From: an uncultured Gemmatimonadales bacterium
GTDB taxonomy: Bacteria > Gemmatimonadota > Gemmatimonadetes > Gemmatimonadales > Gemmatimonadaceae
NCBI GenBank assembly: GCA_963707505.1
Contig: CAVPQB010000004.1
Span: 1,152,001 to 1,216,000, forward strand
Length of the DNA stretch: 64,000 nucleotides
Direction: 5' to 3'
Each line of letters starts with the position of its first letter. Positions within the stretch are counted from its first letter, which is position 1. Made by a program: the position numbers and the translations under genes. Below are positions 20,719 to 31,205 of the stretch, in pieces. The notes under the pieces are model-generated. The model searched no databases. It saw nothing but the letters and a program-made list of their open reading frames with translations, and was not told the DNA's origin.

Positions 20719-22542
20719 ATGCCCGAAACAGAAACCCTAACCGGCACGACCGAGCACGCTCTTACCGCGCGGGAAAAGCGCGACATGCAACGTGCGCAGC
20801 TGCGGCCGCTTGCCAACCTCCGTCCAGAACTGTACGACGAAGACGACTACTCGAGCGACGAGCTCGAGGCGATGATGGCGATGTACAACGGAACCATGGC
20901 GTCCATCGAGGAAGGCGAGATCGTAAGCGCCAAGGTCCTCGATATCCGAGACAACATGGTGATCCTGGACATCGGCTTCAAGTCAGAGGGAACGATCCCT
21001 CTCGAAGAGTTCAAGGACATGCCCGAGCTCAAGGCGGGCGATTCCGTTGAAGTCCTCCTCGAGCACCTCGAGGACATGGAAGGTTCAGTCGTCCTCTCCA
21101 AGAAGAAGGCCGACTTCATGCGCGTCTGGGAGCGCATCCGCGTCGCGTACGAGAGCGATCAGCCGGTGGCTGGCATTCTCACCAAGAAGATCAAGGGCGG
21201 TGTCGTCGTCGATCTCATGGGTGTGGACGCCTTCCTGCCAGGCTCGCAGATCGCGCTTCGCCGCGTTCCGAACGTGGACGAGCTGCTCGGCCAGACTTTC
21301 GACTTCAAGATCATCAAGCTCAACAAGCGCCGCCGCAACATCGTCGTTTCGCGCCGCGTGATTCTCGAGCAGGAGCGCGCAGGCAAGCGCGAGCGCTTGA
21401 TGAAGGAGCTTCAGAAGGATCAGATCCGCAAGGGCATCGTCAAGAACATCACCGACTTCGGCGCATTCATCGATCTCGGCGGCGTGGACGGACTGCTTCA
21501 CATCACCGACATGTCGTACGGCCGCGTCACGCACCCATCCGAGATGGTGCACATCGGTCAGGAGCTCGAGGTCAAGGTTCTCGACATCGATTGGGAGCGC
21601 GAGCGCATATCGCTCGGCCTCAAGCAGCTCCAGAGCTATCCGTGGCAGGACGTCGCCGACAAGTATCCCGTCGGCACGCGCGTGTCGGGCAAGGTCGTGT
21701 CGATCACCAACTACGGCGCGTTCATCGAGCTGGAGCCGGGCATCGAAGGCCTCGTTCACATCAGCGAGATGAGCTGGACGCGCAACGTTCGTCATCCAAG
21801 CAAGATCGTTTCGATCGGCGAGACCATCGAGGCAGTGGTGCTCAAGGTCGATCCGTCGGAAGAGAAGATCTCGCTCGGTATGAAGCAGACCGAGGAAGAT
21901 CCATGGATGACGCTGCCCCAGCGTTATCCGATCGGCATGCGTCTCACGGGCAAGGTTCGCAACTTGACGAGCTTCGGTGCTTTCGTCGAGATCGAGCCTG
22001 GCATCGACGGTCTGATCCACGTATCCGACATGAGCTGGACGCGTCGCGTACAGCATCCGTCGGAAGTGATCAAGAAGGGTGATACGGTAGACGTGGTGGT
22101 GCTCAACATCGATCCGGAGAACAAGCGCATCTCGCTCGGCCTCAAGCAGGCTGTCGAGGATCCGTGGCTCCGTATCGGCGAGACGTACCCCGTCGGAACC
22201 GAGCTGCGTGGACACGTCGTGCGCCTCATGGACAAGGGCGTCGTCGTGGACATCGGCAACGATATCGAAGGATTCGTTCCGAACAGCCAGCTCAACTTCG
22301 GAAACCCGGTCAACAGTCCGGCAGACATCGTTTACGAAGCGATGAACCTGGACCTGCGTGTTCTCGAAGTCGATCCGATCCATCGCCGCATCGTGCTCGC
22401 GGTCACCGCAATTCCAGAAGAGCAGCCACCGCGTCCGGCAGAGCCGAGCAAGGTGATTCCGATGGAGACCGAGGAGTACAGCGTATCGGATTACGCTGCC
22501 GAGATTCCGGCAGTTCTTCCGGCAACGTACGACGAAGAGTAA
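20719..22542 (+). CDS. rpsA: 30S ribosomal protein S1
   Basis: Tandem S1 domains ([47 protein letters not shown]). Confidence 0.97.
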   Translation: MPETETLTGTTEHALTAREKRDMQRAQLRPLANLRPELYDEDDYSSDELEAMMAMYNGTMASIEEGEIVSAKVLDIRDNMVILDIGFKSEGTIPLEEFKDMPELKAGDSVEVLLEHLEDMEGSVVLSKKKADFMRVWERIRVAYESDQPVAGILTKKIKGGVVVDLMGVDAFLPGSQIALRRVPNVDELLGQTFDFKIIKLNKRRRNIVVSRRVILEQERAGKRERLMKELQKDQIRKGIVKNITDFGAFIDLGGVDGLLHITDMSYGRVTHPSEMVHIGQELEVKVLDIDWERERISLGLKQLQSYPWQDVADKYPVGTRVSGKVVSITNYGAFIELEPGIEGLVHISEMSWTRNVRHPSKIVSIGETIEAVVLKVDPSEEKISLGMKQTEEDPWMTLPQRYPIGMRLTGKVRNLTSFGAFVEIEPGIDGLIHVSDMSWTRRVQHPSEVIKKGDTVDVVVLNIDPENKRISLGLKQAVEDPWLRIGETYPVGTELRGHVVRLMDKGVVVDIGNDIEGFVPNSQLNFGNPVNSPADIVYEAMNLDLRVLEVDPIHRRIVLAVTAIPEEQPPRPAEPSKVIPMETEEYSVSDYAAEIPAVLPATYDEE

Positions 22543-22545
22543 TTA

Positions 22546-24096
22546 ATGACGATGCGCGATAAGCTCGCGCTTCTGGAGCAACGCCGCGCCGAGTCTGAAC
22601 TCGGTGGCGGCGTTGCTCGCATAGAGGCCCAGCACAGGAAGGGAAAACTCTCCGCACGCGAACGGATCGATCTCCTGCTGGATGAGGGATCGTTCACCGA
22701 GCTCGACCGCTTCGTCGTTCATCGCAGCACCGACTTCGGTCTGGAAGAGCAGAAGTACTACGGCGACGGAGTCATCACGGGCTGGGGCCGAATTGACGGC
22801 CGGCTGGTCTATGTCTTCTCGCAGGACTTCACGGTATTCGGTGGCTCGCTATCGGAATCGTTCGCAGAGAAGATCGTCAAGGTGATGGATCTCGCGATGC
22901 GGAACGGCGCGCCTGTGATCGGGCTCAACGATTCGGGCGGCGCACGCATTCAGGAAGGCGTCGTGTCGCTTGGCGGATACGCGGAAATATTCCTGCGCAA
23001 CACTTTGGCGTCTGGCGTGATCCCGCAGATCTCGGCGATTCTGGGGCCGTGTGCGGGTGGCGCGGTCTACTCGCCTGCGATCACCGACTTCACGTACATG
23101 GTTCGGCACACGTCCTACATGTTCGTAACCGGACCCAACGTCGTCAAGACGGTGACGCACGAAGACGTAACGATGGACGAGCTCGGCGGCGCTGACACGC
23201 ACATGATGAAGTCGGGAGTGTCGCACTTCACGTATGACAGTGAGCCCGAGTGCATCGGTGCGATTCGCGACCTGATGCGGTTCATTCCATCCAATAACAT
23301 CGACGAGCCGCCGCGCGGTGCAGGCACCGATCCACGCGACCGGCGCGACGAAGCTCTGCTCGATATTGTTCCCGACAATGCGAACAAACCGTACGACATG
23401 CACGAGGTGCTGCGCCGCGTCATCGATGACGGCGAGTTCTATGAAGTCCAGCGTGAATTTGCGGAGAACATCATCTGCGGTTTCGCGCACCTCGGCGGGT
23501 TCAGCGTCGGGATCGTTGCGAATCAGCCGGCGATGCTCGCTGGCGTGCTCGATATCAACGCATCAGTCAAGGCCGCACGGTTCATCCGCTTCTGCGACGC
23601 GTTCAACATTCCGATCGTGACGTTCGAGGATGTACCGGGCTTTTTGCCGGGTGTGGGGCAGGAACACGGCGGAATCATCAAGCACGGTGCGAAGCTGTTG
23701 TTCGCGTACTGCGAGGCGACGGTCCCCAAGCTCACGGTCATCACGCGCAAGGCCTATGGCGGCGCGTACGACGTCATGAGCTCCAAGCACATTCGTGGGG
23801 ATTTCAACGTCGCGTGGCCGACCGCCGAAATCGCGGTGATGGGACCCAAGGGCGCCGTCGAGATTCTGTTCCGGAAGGACATCGTCGATAGTCCCGACCC
23901 GGTTGCTGCAACGGATAAGAAGATCGCCGAGTACGTGGAGAAATTCGCGCATCCGTACGTCGCCGCTGGCCGCGGGTACATCGACGACATAATCGATCCG
24001 CGAGATACGAGACCTGCGCTGATCGACGCGCTCGAAAGTTTGCGCGGCAAGCGTGACAAGAATCCGCCGAAGAAGCACGGGAACATACCGCTCTGA
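22546..24096 (+). CDS. pccB: Acyl-CoA (propionyl-CoA-type) carboxylase carboxyltransferase beta subunit
   Basis: [48 protein letters not shown]. Confidence 0.92.
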   Translation: MTMRDKLALLEQRRAESELGGGVARIEAQHRKGKLSARERIDLLLDEGSFTELDRFVVHRSTDFGLEEQKYYGDGVITGWGRIDGRLVYVFSQDFTVFGGSLSESFAEKIVKVMDLAMRNGAPVIGLNDSGGARIQEGVVSLGGYAEIFLRNTLASGVIPQISAILGPCAGGAVYSPAITDFTYMVRHTSYMFVTGPNVVKTVTHEDVTMDELGGADTHMMKSGVSHFTYDSEPECIGAIRDLMRFIPSNNIDEPPRGAGTDPRDRRDEALLDIVPDNANKPYDMHEVLRRVIDDGEFYEVQREFAENIICGFAHLGGFSVGIVANQPAMLAGVLDINASVKAARFIRFCDAFNIPIVTFEDVPGFLPGVGQEHGGIIKHGAKLLFAYCEATVPKLTVITRKAYGGAYDVMSSKHIRGDFNVAWPTAEIAVMGPKGAVEILFRKDIVDSPDPVAATDKKIAEYVEKFAHPYVAAGRGYIDDIIDPRDTRPALIDALESLRGKRDKNPPKKHGNIPL

Positions 24097-25598
24097 TGTT
24101 CGACTCCGTTCTCATAGCAAACCGTGGCGAGATTGCGCTGCGCGTCATTCGCGGCTGCCGCGAGCTCGGCGTTCGGTCAATTGCGGTGTACAGCGACGCC
24201 GATGCGGGGGCACCGCACGTTCGCGCTGCCGACGCCGCTGTCAACATCGGACCTGCGCCATCATCACAGAGCTATCTGCTCGGTGATCGCATAATCGAAG
24301 CAGCGCTCAGGGAAGGCGCGCAGGCGATTCATCCCGGCTACGGATTCCTGTCCGAGCGCGAGTGGTTTGCGCGCGCGGTGCGCGACGCGGGCCTCGTCTT
24401 CATCGGGCCGCCGGCCGAGGCGATCGCAGCAATGGGGAGCAAGACGGCAGCGCGCACGCTCGCCGTCGCGCACGGTGTTCCTGTGGTGCCTGGCACCACC
24501 GAATCGATCGCCGATGCGGAGCACGCCGCCGAGATAGCATCGAAGTTCGGCTATCCGGTGCTGCTCAAGGCCGCGGCGGGTGGCGGCGGGAAGGGAATGC
24601 GTGTAGTTCGCGAGCCATCGGAAATCTCCGCGTCATTCGATGCTGCGCGACGCGAGGCGAAGAATGCATTCGGTGATGACGCAGTGTATCTCGAGAAGTA
24701 CATCGAGGGGCCGCGCCACGTCGAGATCCAGATCATCGGCGACATGCATGGGAACATGGTTCATCTCGGCGAGCGCGAATGCTCGGTGCAGCGTCGTCAT
24801 CAGAAGATGATCGAGGAAGCACCGAGCGTTGCGGTGACTCCGGAACTCCGCGCCGAGATGGGCGCGACTGCGGTGCGTGCTGCGCGCGCCGCTGGTTACG
24901 TGAATGCCGGGACCTGCGAGTTCCTGCTCGCACGCGACGGGAGCTACTACTTCCTCGAGATGAACACGCGACTGCAGGTCGAGCATCCTGTCACCGAGCT
25001 GGTGACTGGAATCGACCTCGTTCACTGGCAGTTACGCGTTGCATCCGGACAGCCGCTTGGCTTCGCGCAGGACGACATCTCCCCGAACGGCTGGGCGATG
25101 GAATGCCGCATAACCAGTGAAGACCCGGCCAATGACTTTCTGCCATCGACGGGGCGCATCTCGTACCTGCACCTGCCCTCCGGGCCGGGCGTCCGCTGGG
25201 ATGGCGGAATCGAAATCGGTAGTGAGGTGTCACTGCACTACGATCCGATGCTCGCGAAGTTGATAGTCCACGCGCCGAATCGTGAGTTGGCTGTCCAGCG
25301 GATGCATCGCGCCTTATCAGAGCTTGTAATCGGCGGTGTGGAAACGTCGCGTGAATTCCACCTGCGTGTGATGGAAGATTCGGAGTTTCGCGCCGGTGCA
25401 ATCGAGATCCAGTGGCTTGAGCGTCGCCTTGCCTCACTCACCACCGACGCAGGCACCGAAGATGGCGCGATGCTCGCCGCACTGGCGGGTGCGTTGCTCG
25501 CGGAATCCGAGTCGGGTGCTCGTGCTGCTGCGCCGTCGCAGCGGGAGAGTCCCGTGTCCGCGTGGCAACGCGCCGCGCGCCTGGAATCGATCGGTTAG
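24096..25598 (+). CDS. accC: Biotin carboxylase subunit
   Basis: LIANRGEIALR, HPGYGFLSE, GGGGKGMR, RECSVQRRHQK, EMNTRLQVEHPVTE. Confidence 0.93.
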   Translation: MFDSVLIANRGEIALRVIRGCRELGVRSIAVYSDADAGAPHVRAADAAVNIGPAPSSQSYLLGDRIIEAALREGAQAIHPGYGFLSEREWFARAVRDAGLVFIGPPAEAIAAMGSKTAARTLAVAHGVPVVPGTTESIADAEHAAEIASKFGYPVLLKAAAGGGGKGMRVVREPSEISASFDAARREAKNAFGDDAVYLEKYIEGPRHVEIQIIGDMHGNMVHLGERECSVQRRHQKMIEEAPSVAVTPELRAEMGATAVRAARAAGYVNAGTCEFLLARDGSYYFLEMNTRLQVEHPVTELVTGIDLVHWQLRVASGQPLGFAQDDISPNGWAMECRITSEDPANDFLPSTGRISYLHLPSGPGVRWDGGIEIGSEVSLHYDPMLAKLIVHAPNRELAVQRMHRALSELVIGGVETSREFHLRVMEDSEFRAGAIEIQWLERRLASLTTDAGTEDGAMLAALAGALLAESESGARAAAPSQRESPVSAWQRAARLESIG

Positions 25599-26845
25599 TG
25601 TCGCGCACGGTAAGCCTGACGATCGACACGATCGCGGCCGGCGGTGACGGTGTGGCGCGCAATGAGGGACTTGTCGTATTCGTTCCGCGCTCCGCTCCTG
25701 GCGACGTGATAACCGCGAGTGTGTCCGGCAAGGGTCACTTCGCGCGTGGCTCTCTGCGTACGATCCTGCGCCCGTCTCCCGTACGGATCGAGCCGCCATG
25801 TCCGCACTACACGCGCGAGCGATGCGGCGGTTGTCAGATCCAGCACATTCAGTACTCCGCGCAGCTCGACGCGAAGCAGCGCATCATCGTCGATGCGATG
25901 AGCCGGATCGGCAAGCGTGATATCACGCCACCCGAGGTCGTAAGGAGCACCCCAGAGTGGCGCTATCGAACCAAGCTAACGCTTGCCATGAGGCGCCGTT
26001 CGGGTGGATGGATCGCCGGGCTGCATCCATATGACGATCCCGGCCACGTGTTCCCGCTATCGGATTGTCCGATAACCGACCGGCGCGTAGTGGCTGCGTG
26101 GCGTGAGCTACTCGACGCGTCGGAATTCTTCCCCGAAGCAACGTCGCTGCGCGGGAGTGTGCGCTGGACCGACGATGGTCCGACATTCGTACTGATCGGT
26201 GCCACGCGATGGAGCGATCATGCAAGGTTGTTCGAGGCGGTTCCAACACTCGCGGCGTTATACTGGGAGCCGGAAGGTGCCCCGCGAAAACTGCTCGGCG
26301 ACCGCCGCGCTCGCGCGACGCCGGCAGCTTCATTCTCGCAGGTCAACCCCGTCGTCGCTGCAGTGTTGCGCGAACACGTGCTTGGCGCGGTGAGGTCTTT
26401 CAACCCGGCGAGCGTGATCGACGCGTACTCGGGCTCAGGCGATCTCGCGGTGAATCTGGCAACTACCGGAATCTCAGTAGTTGCAATCGAGCTCGATCGT
26501 GATGCCGCACTATGGGCCGAGGAACGGCTCGCGCCGCCATCGCGCTCGATCGTTGGCCGCGTCGAAGAAGTTCTGCCGCGGCTTGCTCCGGCTGACGTCG
26601 TGGTAGTGAATCCTCCGCGAAGCGGTCTGCACGCCGATGTCACCGAAGCGCTCGCCGAGATGACGGGTATACGTGCGATCATCTACGTCAGCTGTGATCC
26701 GGCAACACTCGCACGAGATGTTGCGCGCCTGTCCGGTTATTCGATTCAATCAATCAGAGCATTCGATATGTTCCCACAAACGTCCCACGTCGAGACGGTT
26801 TGCATGCTGACACCGGCACATTCGACCGGCCCCGCAGCATCATGA
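25598..26845 (+). CDS. TRAM-domain RNA m5U methyltransferase (RlmD/TrmA family)
   Basis: TRAM N-terminus, CPHY..CGGCQ Fe-S motif, SFSQVN, NPPR, YVSCDPATLARD, FDMFPQTSHVE; GTG overlaps the upstream TAG. Confidence 0.88.
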   Translation: MSRTVSLTIDTIAAGGDGVARNEGLVVFVPRSAPGDVITASVSGKGHFARGSLRTILRPSPVRIEPPCPHYTRERCGGCQIQHIQYSAQLDAKQRIIVDAMSRIGKRDITPPEVVRSTPEWRYRTKLTLAMRRRSGGWIAGLHPYDDPGHVFPLSDCPITDRRVVAAWRELLDASEFFPEATSLRGSVRWTDDGPTFVLIGATRWSDHARLFEAVPTLAALYWEPEGAPRKLLGDRRARATPAASFSQVNPVVAAVLREHVLGAVRSFNPASVIDAYSGSGDLAVNLATTGISVVAIELDRDAALWAEERLAPPSRSIVGRVEEVLPRLAPADVVVVNPPRSGLHADVTEALAEMTGIRAIIYVSCDPATLARDVARLSGYSIQSIRAFDMFPQTSHVETVCMLTPAHSTGPAAS

Positions 26846-27342
26846 AGTTTCTCGTAGATGTGAACGGCACTCGGCATCCTGTAATCACTGACAAGGACGC
26901 CGCGAACGTCGACGGCGCGAGCGAAGTGGCGACCCTCGATGCTCCGAACGGTACGCCCGCCCGAACGCTCCGTATCGGAGACCGTGTTGTGCGAGTCGTA
27001 GTGCACGCTCGGGAAGGCAAGGGTCGCTACGTGCTGGATATCGGTGGTCACCGTTACCGCGTCGAAGCACTGGGCGAGCGCGCACGTGCTATCCAGGAGC
27101 TGGCCGCGCGCTCGGCGCCACCGGCGGGGCCTGCTCCCGTGATCGCGCCCATGCCGGGTCTCGTGGTGCGAGTGAACGTCTCCGTCGGTGACGCAGTTAC
27201 AGCGGGGCAGGGCGTGCTCGTCATGGAAGCGATGAAGATGGAAAACGAGCTGCGAGCGTCTTCGGCCGCTACCGTGAAATCAGTTCGCGTGGCGCAGGGA
27301 ACCGCGGTAGAGAAGGGAACGGTGTTGATCGAGCTGGAGTGA
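26842..27342 (+). CDS. Biotin carboxyl carrier subunit
   Basis: APMPGLVV..MEAMKMENE biotinylation motif; ATG at 26842. Confidence 0.92.
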   Translation: MKFLVDVNGTRHPVITDKDAANVDGASEVATLDAPNGTPARTLRIGDRVVRVVVHAREGKGRYVLDIGGHRYRVEALGERARAIQELAARSAPPAGPAPVIAPMPGLVVRVNVSVGDAVTAGQGVLVMEAMKMENELRASSAATVKSVRVAQGTAVEKGTVLIELE

Positions 27343-27350
27343 TATCACGG

Positions 27351-28193
27351 TTATCTCGTCCATATATAGATCACACCGCATTCCGAGTCGCTGAGACTTG
27401 CAGGCGTCTCCGCGCCATCCTTGTAGATCTCGATTGCGGCAATGTCTCTTGGTGAAACCGCATCGAACCCTCCGGTTGCGGCTGCGGTGTTTGAAGGTGA
27501 CCCGTCGGGAGTCGCACTGCTCAACGCACTGCTCATTATTGCGCCGTCCACCACGACAACCATCCCGCTCGTGCATGCGTTCCCGTTGATGGTCTGTACA
27601 CCACGCCCACTGCGTACGACCGGCGTCCTGGCGAAGGTCTCCACCGATACGCCAGCGACGTGACGGAAAATGTCGGCGGTGGTTCGCGGATGAAAGCTCT
27701 CGATCTGCGCTGCGGTCAGATATGTTCCAATTCCGGTGCGCATGCGGTCGGCAACGCCCGGCGGTAAATGCACCAGTTCTCCGCTTACGGCCTGCACCGT
27801 TACCCGCGACAGTGTTATCGGAAACGGTTCGACGACAGCGTCCACCGAGATCGTTGCATCGGGCTCGACAACCACGGACACAGTGGTTGGCATGATGCCA
27901 ATCCTGCGAAATCGGATAAGATGGGGGCCGGCAGGCAGGCTGTCGAGACGAAACGATCCGCCGGCACCGCTTCGCGTGTTAAGCTGCGTATTGTCGAGTG
28001 AAACAATCTCGACTCCGCGCAGCCACGATCCGCTCGTGTCGCGCACGCTTCCATCAATCGCGCCGTACGCTGTAGCTACGCGAGCGGCGCGAGCTGCATT
28101 CGCCTGCGCCGAGACGGTGGCGCGCGACGCAACCAGGGCCGTGGCGCCAATTACTACACCGGTAAAAACCATGCGCGTCCGCATTGCAGGCAA
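27351..28193 (-). CDS. Secreted carboxypeptidase-regulatory-like + TonB plug domain protein without beta-barrel
   Basis: Signal peptide, IDGSVRD..GSFRLDSLPAG..FRRIG, then TADIFRHVAGV and DIAAIEIYK..CGVIYIWTR. Confidence 0.7.
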   Translation of the reverse strand: MPAMRTRMVFTGVVIGATALVASRATVSAQANAARAARVATAYGAIDGSVRDTSGSWLRGVEIVSLDNTQLNTRSGAGGSFRLDSLPAGPHLIRFRRIGIMPTTVSVVVEPDATISVDAVVEPFPITLSRVTVQAVSGELVHLPPGVADRMRTGIGTYLTAAQIESFHPRTTADIFRHVAGVSVETFARTPVVRSGRGVQTINGNACTSGMVVVVDGAIMSSALSSATPDGSPSNTAAATGGFDAVSPRDIAAIEIYKDGAETPASLSDSECGVIYIWTR

Positions 28194-28252
28194 ACTCCGT
28201 CGGTGGAATCAAAGGTCGCGCCCGTCGCGGCTCGTGCAGATAATATACGGCA

Positions 28253-28292
28253 ACAAATAAATGCCGGCCGTGGCGACCACCGGCCAGCATTC
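28253..28292 (-). terminator. Intrinsic terminator downstream of the FadL-SGNH pair
   Basis: Minus strand AATGCTGGCCGGTGG-TCG-CCACGGCCGGCATT followed by TATTTGTT. Confidence 0.65.
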
Positions 28293-28307
28293 GTACGTAC
28301 GATTCCG

Positions 28308-29549
28308 CTATGGACTACCTGTCGTTATCGCCGTGCCATACTTGGTATTGATCGCTGCTACGAGCGCCGATGTAATCTGACGGTTCGCGACAACGGTCGG
28401 ATGGATTCCATCCAGCGAGATGCACGCACCGAACGGCGCGGTCGCATTCGCCAGATCCGGAACAATGTTGATGCAGCCGGTGCCGGGCGTCTTGAGCGTT
28501 GCCAACAACGGATTGGGGTCGTAGTACGCCCAGCCGTTCGCCGCTGCGGCAGCCTGAATCGTTGCGTTGTAACCGGCAACCGTCGCCGCGAGACTCGCCT
28601 GCTCGGTGCTATCAAGGATGAAGATGTCGCCAACCAGCGTTCCGGGAACGGAATTCTTCGCGCACCCGATGACCGGCGGATGGGCTCCGGAACGTATTTG
28701 CGCCAGAATCGATATTGAGACGAGCGCCTGGTTTCCCGGTGCGCTCAGGCAATTGGGAAGAATTATCGTCGTCGCGCCGGCGAACTGATCGAATCCGGCC
28801 TTGAACGCAGGATTCTGCAGCGCTGCAACAGGAAAGAGCGCGGGAACTCCGGCCACGTTGAGCACGCCGATCAGAATCGCACCTTTCACGGTGGGAATCG
28901 CCGTAAGGCCGTTCACCATCGTCGTGTAGTTGGCTTTGAATGCGGCCTGTGAGGTGACGCCCGCCGAGACCCCTGCCGTCGGCACGAGTATGCCTGAGAC
29001 TGCCGCGCCAAGCACGTCGTTGTTTCCGATCCATGCGGAGATGAAAGTCGGATTGGCATCAGCGGCCTTTGCGACCTGCGTCTTTCCGCCGAGGAACAGT
29101 GTGGTCAGTGTGTTGGACGCCGACGTGCTGACGCTGAACGGATCGAGCGACGTCGCACCGGGAACCGCGACGTTGTTGAGTGCAACAGCGGTGTTCGGGT
29201 TGCGCAGAGAGCATGTAGTTGCCGTACCGTTGGCCAGTCTCGCTTGCGTCTGAAAGTTGACGATTGGCGGTGGACATCCGGCGCCCGCAAGCGACGCGTA
29301 CACGTAGCGCGTCTTCATGGCCTGTGCGAGCAGCGAGGCATAACTGAGCTGCTGGGTGCTGTCGTCGATACCGCCGGACTGGTAACCGGCCGTCAGGCTG
29401 TTTCCCAGCGCAACGTAACTGGTGAACAGTGAGTTCGCGGCAACGTTCGGCGGAATTACTGCCGTTGGCCCGTTGTCGGCGCACGCTACGGCGAGCGCGA
29501 GCAGGACGGCGCTCGCAACCGCGCCGATTGTATTCCTTGAGCGAATCAT
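28308..29549 (-). CDS. SGNH/GDSL-family lipolytic lipoprotein
   Basis: Lipobox AVA-C, YVALGNSLTAG, WIGNNDVLG, SLDGIHP. Confidence 0.85.
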   Translation of the reverse strand: MIRSRNTIGAVASAVLLALAVACADNGPTAVIPPNVAANSLFTSYVALGNSLTAGYQSGGIDDSTQQLSYASLLAQAMKTRYVYASLAGAGCPPPIVNFQTQARLANGTATTCSLRNPNTAVALNNVAVPGATSLDPFSVSTSASNTLTTLFLGGKTQVAKAADANPTFISAWIGNNDVLGAAVSGILVPTAGVSAGVTSQAAFKANYTTMVNGLTAIPTVKGAILIGVLNVAGVPALFPVAALQNPAFKAGFDQFAGATTIILPNCLSAPGNQALVSISILAQIRSGAHPPVIGCAKNSVPGTLVGDIFILDSTEQASLAATVAGYNATIQAAAAANGWAYYDPNPLLATLKTPGTGCINIVPDLANATAPFGACISLDGIHPTVVANRQITSALVAAINTKYGTAITTGSP

Positions 29550-29563
29550 GGGACTCTGCGCGG

Positions 29564-30973
29564 TTAGAAGGTGATGTTGAGTGCGGCCGAGATGACGTCG
29601 GCCTTGAGCGAGTACGTGCCGGTGCTGTTCGCCTGAATTGGGAGCGTCAAGGTCGTGCCTGGAGGCAGAATTGAATGTTCCGCGATCCGGCCGCGCCGTC
29701 CCGGCGTGTTCACGTGCAAATATCCAATGTCGAGCTTGTACATACTTGTGAGAGGAATTGCGACGCCCGCAGAGAAGTTGCGCCGGTTCATGTCCGGCAG
29801 CAGCGGCGTGACAGTCTCGTCGGGTGCCGGCGTCTCGGAATAGCTGTAGCCCACGCGTCCGGTCCAGGACCCGAGCATGTGCTCAGCGCCGAAGCGGTAG
29901 CTCCACGAATCCTTGTAGCCTTCAAAAAGAGTTCTGCTGCTGGCGCTTGCTGGTCCGTTGAACGTTATCGGTAGAGTGTTGAAAGCGGACCACCCGAGCC
30001 GTGCGACATCGACCGAGAGTGTCGTTCGTGAGAATCCGGTGTAGCCGACGCCGCCCTGCAGTTGCCATGGATGCTTGATCGTCGACGACGCGCTCTGGCT
30101 GACGAGGGGGCCGCCCGGCGAGAATTGCGCGCCGAGCAACGCGTCGAGCGGAACGGGCGTACCGGTGGGACTCACGGGGTTCCCCTGTGGCAGGACGAGT
30201 CCCGTCGCGGTCTGGGAGAACCTCGCCGACGCGTGGTCGTAATTGAACGTCAGTGCCGAGAGATAGCGTGCGCCGATCGACCATGGGCCATACTTGCCGT
30301 GCACGCCGACGTTGTAGCCCAAGGCCGTGGCGGTTCCGTGAACCTGTGCGCGCGCGAACTCGGTCTCGTATGCGATGCCGAGTTGGTTGAAGGTGATGCC
30401 CGGCGCGGCCTGTTGTTGTGAGAGGTCGATCGCCTGGGTAAGGTCGACGCTGGAATGTCCGAACACCGGTCCGCCGCCGACAGACCAGTTCGGTGTTACC
30501 TGATAGGCGAAATTGGGCTGGATGTATATCGTCTGGAGTGCTGCGCGAAGTGCCGAGAAACGTCCCGGAAAATCGTCGTTCCACTGGGATGTCAGTCCGT
30601 ACGGTACGTACACCCCGAGCCCGACCGATCCCTTCCCGAAGCGCATTGCTGCGAATCCAACTGGCGGGAGAGCGGGACTGATATCGCTCGGGTAGCTCCG
30701 TCCGGTGCTGTCCTGACGAAAGGAGCCTTTCACTATTATCGCGCTTGCACCGATGCTGATCGATTTTCCGGGGAGCTCAGCGGCGGCAGCCGGGTTCCAG
30801 AAGATCGTGGAGGCGTCTTGGCATGGGGTGCCGGTCGCGGCGAATCCGCGGGAAACCGAGCAGGTTCCAACCTCGTTGAGGCCGAAGCCCTGGGCCTGGG
30901 CCGACGCGGGGGGTAACGTCACGGTGGCTAGCAGGCAGGCTGCTAGCCGAGCCAACGACGGGGAGGTTCGCAT
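29564..30973 (-). CDS. FadL/OmpP1-family outer-membrane long-chain fatty acid transporter
   Basis: GFGLNEVG..DASTIFWNPAA hatch, GVYVPYGLTSQW, YKDSWSYRFGAE, PLLPD, terminal Phe. Confidence 0.88.
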   Translation of the reverse strand: MRTSPSLARLAACLLATVTLPPASAQAQGFGLNEVGTCSVSRGFAATGTPCQDASTIFWNPAAAAELPGKSISIGASAIIVKGSFRQDSTGRSYPSDISPALPPVGFAAMRFGKGSVGLGVYVPYGLTSQWNDDFPGRFSALRAALQTIYIQPNFAYQVTPNWSVGGGPVFGHSSVDLTQAIDLSQQQAAPGITFNQLGIAYETEFARAQVHGTATALGYNVGVHGKYGPWSIGARYLSALTFNYDHASARFSQTATGLVLPQGNPVSPTGTPVPLDALLGAQFSPGGPLVSQSASSTIKHPWQLQGGVGYTGFSRTTLSVDVARLGWSAFNTLPITFNGPASASSRTLFEGYKDSWSYRFGAEHMLGSWTGRVGYSYSETPAPDETVTPLLPDMNRRNFSAGVAIPLTSMYKLDIGYLHVNTPGRRGRIAEHSILPPGTTLTLPIQANSTGTYSLKADVISAALNITF

Positions 30974-31138
30974 TCGCTGTACCGTTTAGGTCGTCATCCC
31001 GGGGACCCAGACCGGTCGGTCGGGGACAGTTGTTCCGGGGGCGAGAGCACTTTACATCCGCTGCACGCGGCGCGCCAGCACAAATTTGCCGGGAATCTTG
31101 CGACGAGTCGTCGATATCGCCGCTGCGGTGCGGGGCGA

Positions 31139-31167
31139 TTGACTAAAGCCAGTGGGGTTGGTAACTT
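31139..31167 (+). promoter_or_regulatory. Sigma70-type promoter of rplM-rpsI
   Basis: TTGACT-17 bp-TAACTT with extended -10 TG. Confidence 0.7.
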
Positions 31168-31205
31168 AGAAGGCTGTCGCATTTCGTAATCGATTACCTC
31201 CCCAA

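Noticed and set aside
21085..22383. 432-aa antisense ORF in rpsA, and similar long antisense ORFs (6491-7984, 53513-54514, 42263-43279)
   Set aside because: Shadow ORFs expected from high-GC codon bias opposite real genes; no recognisable motifs
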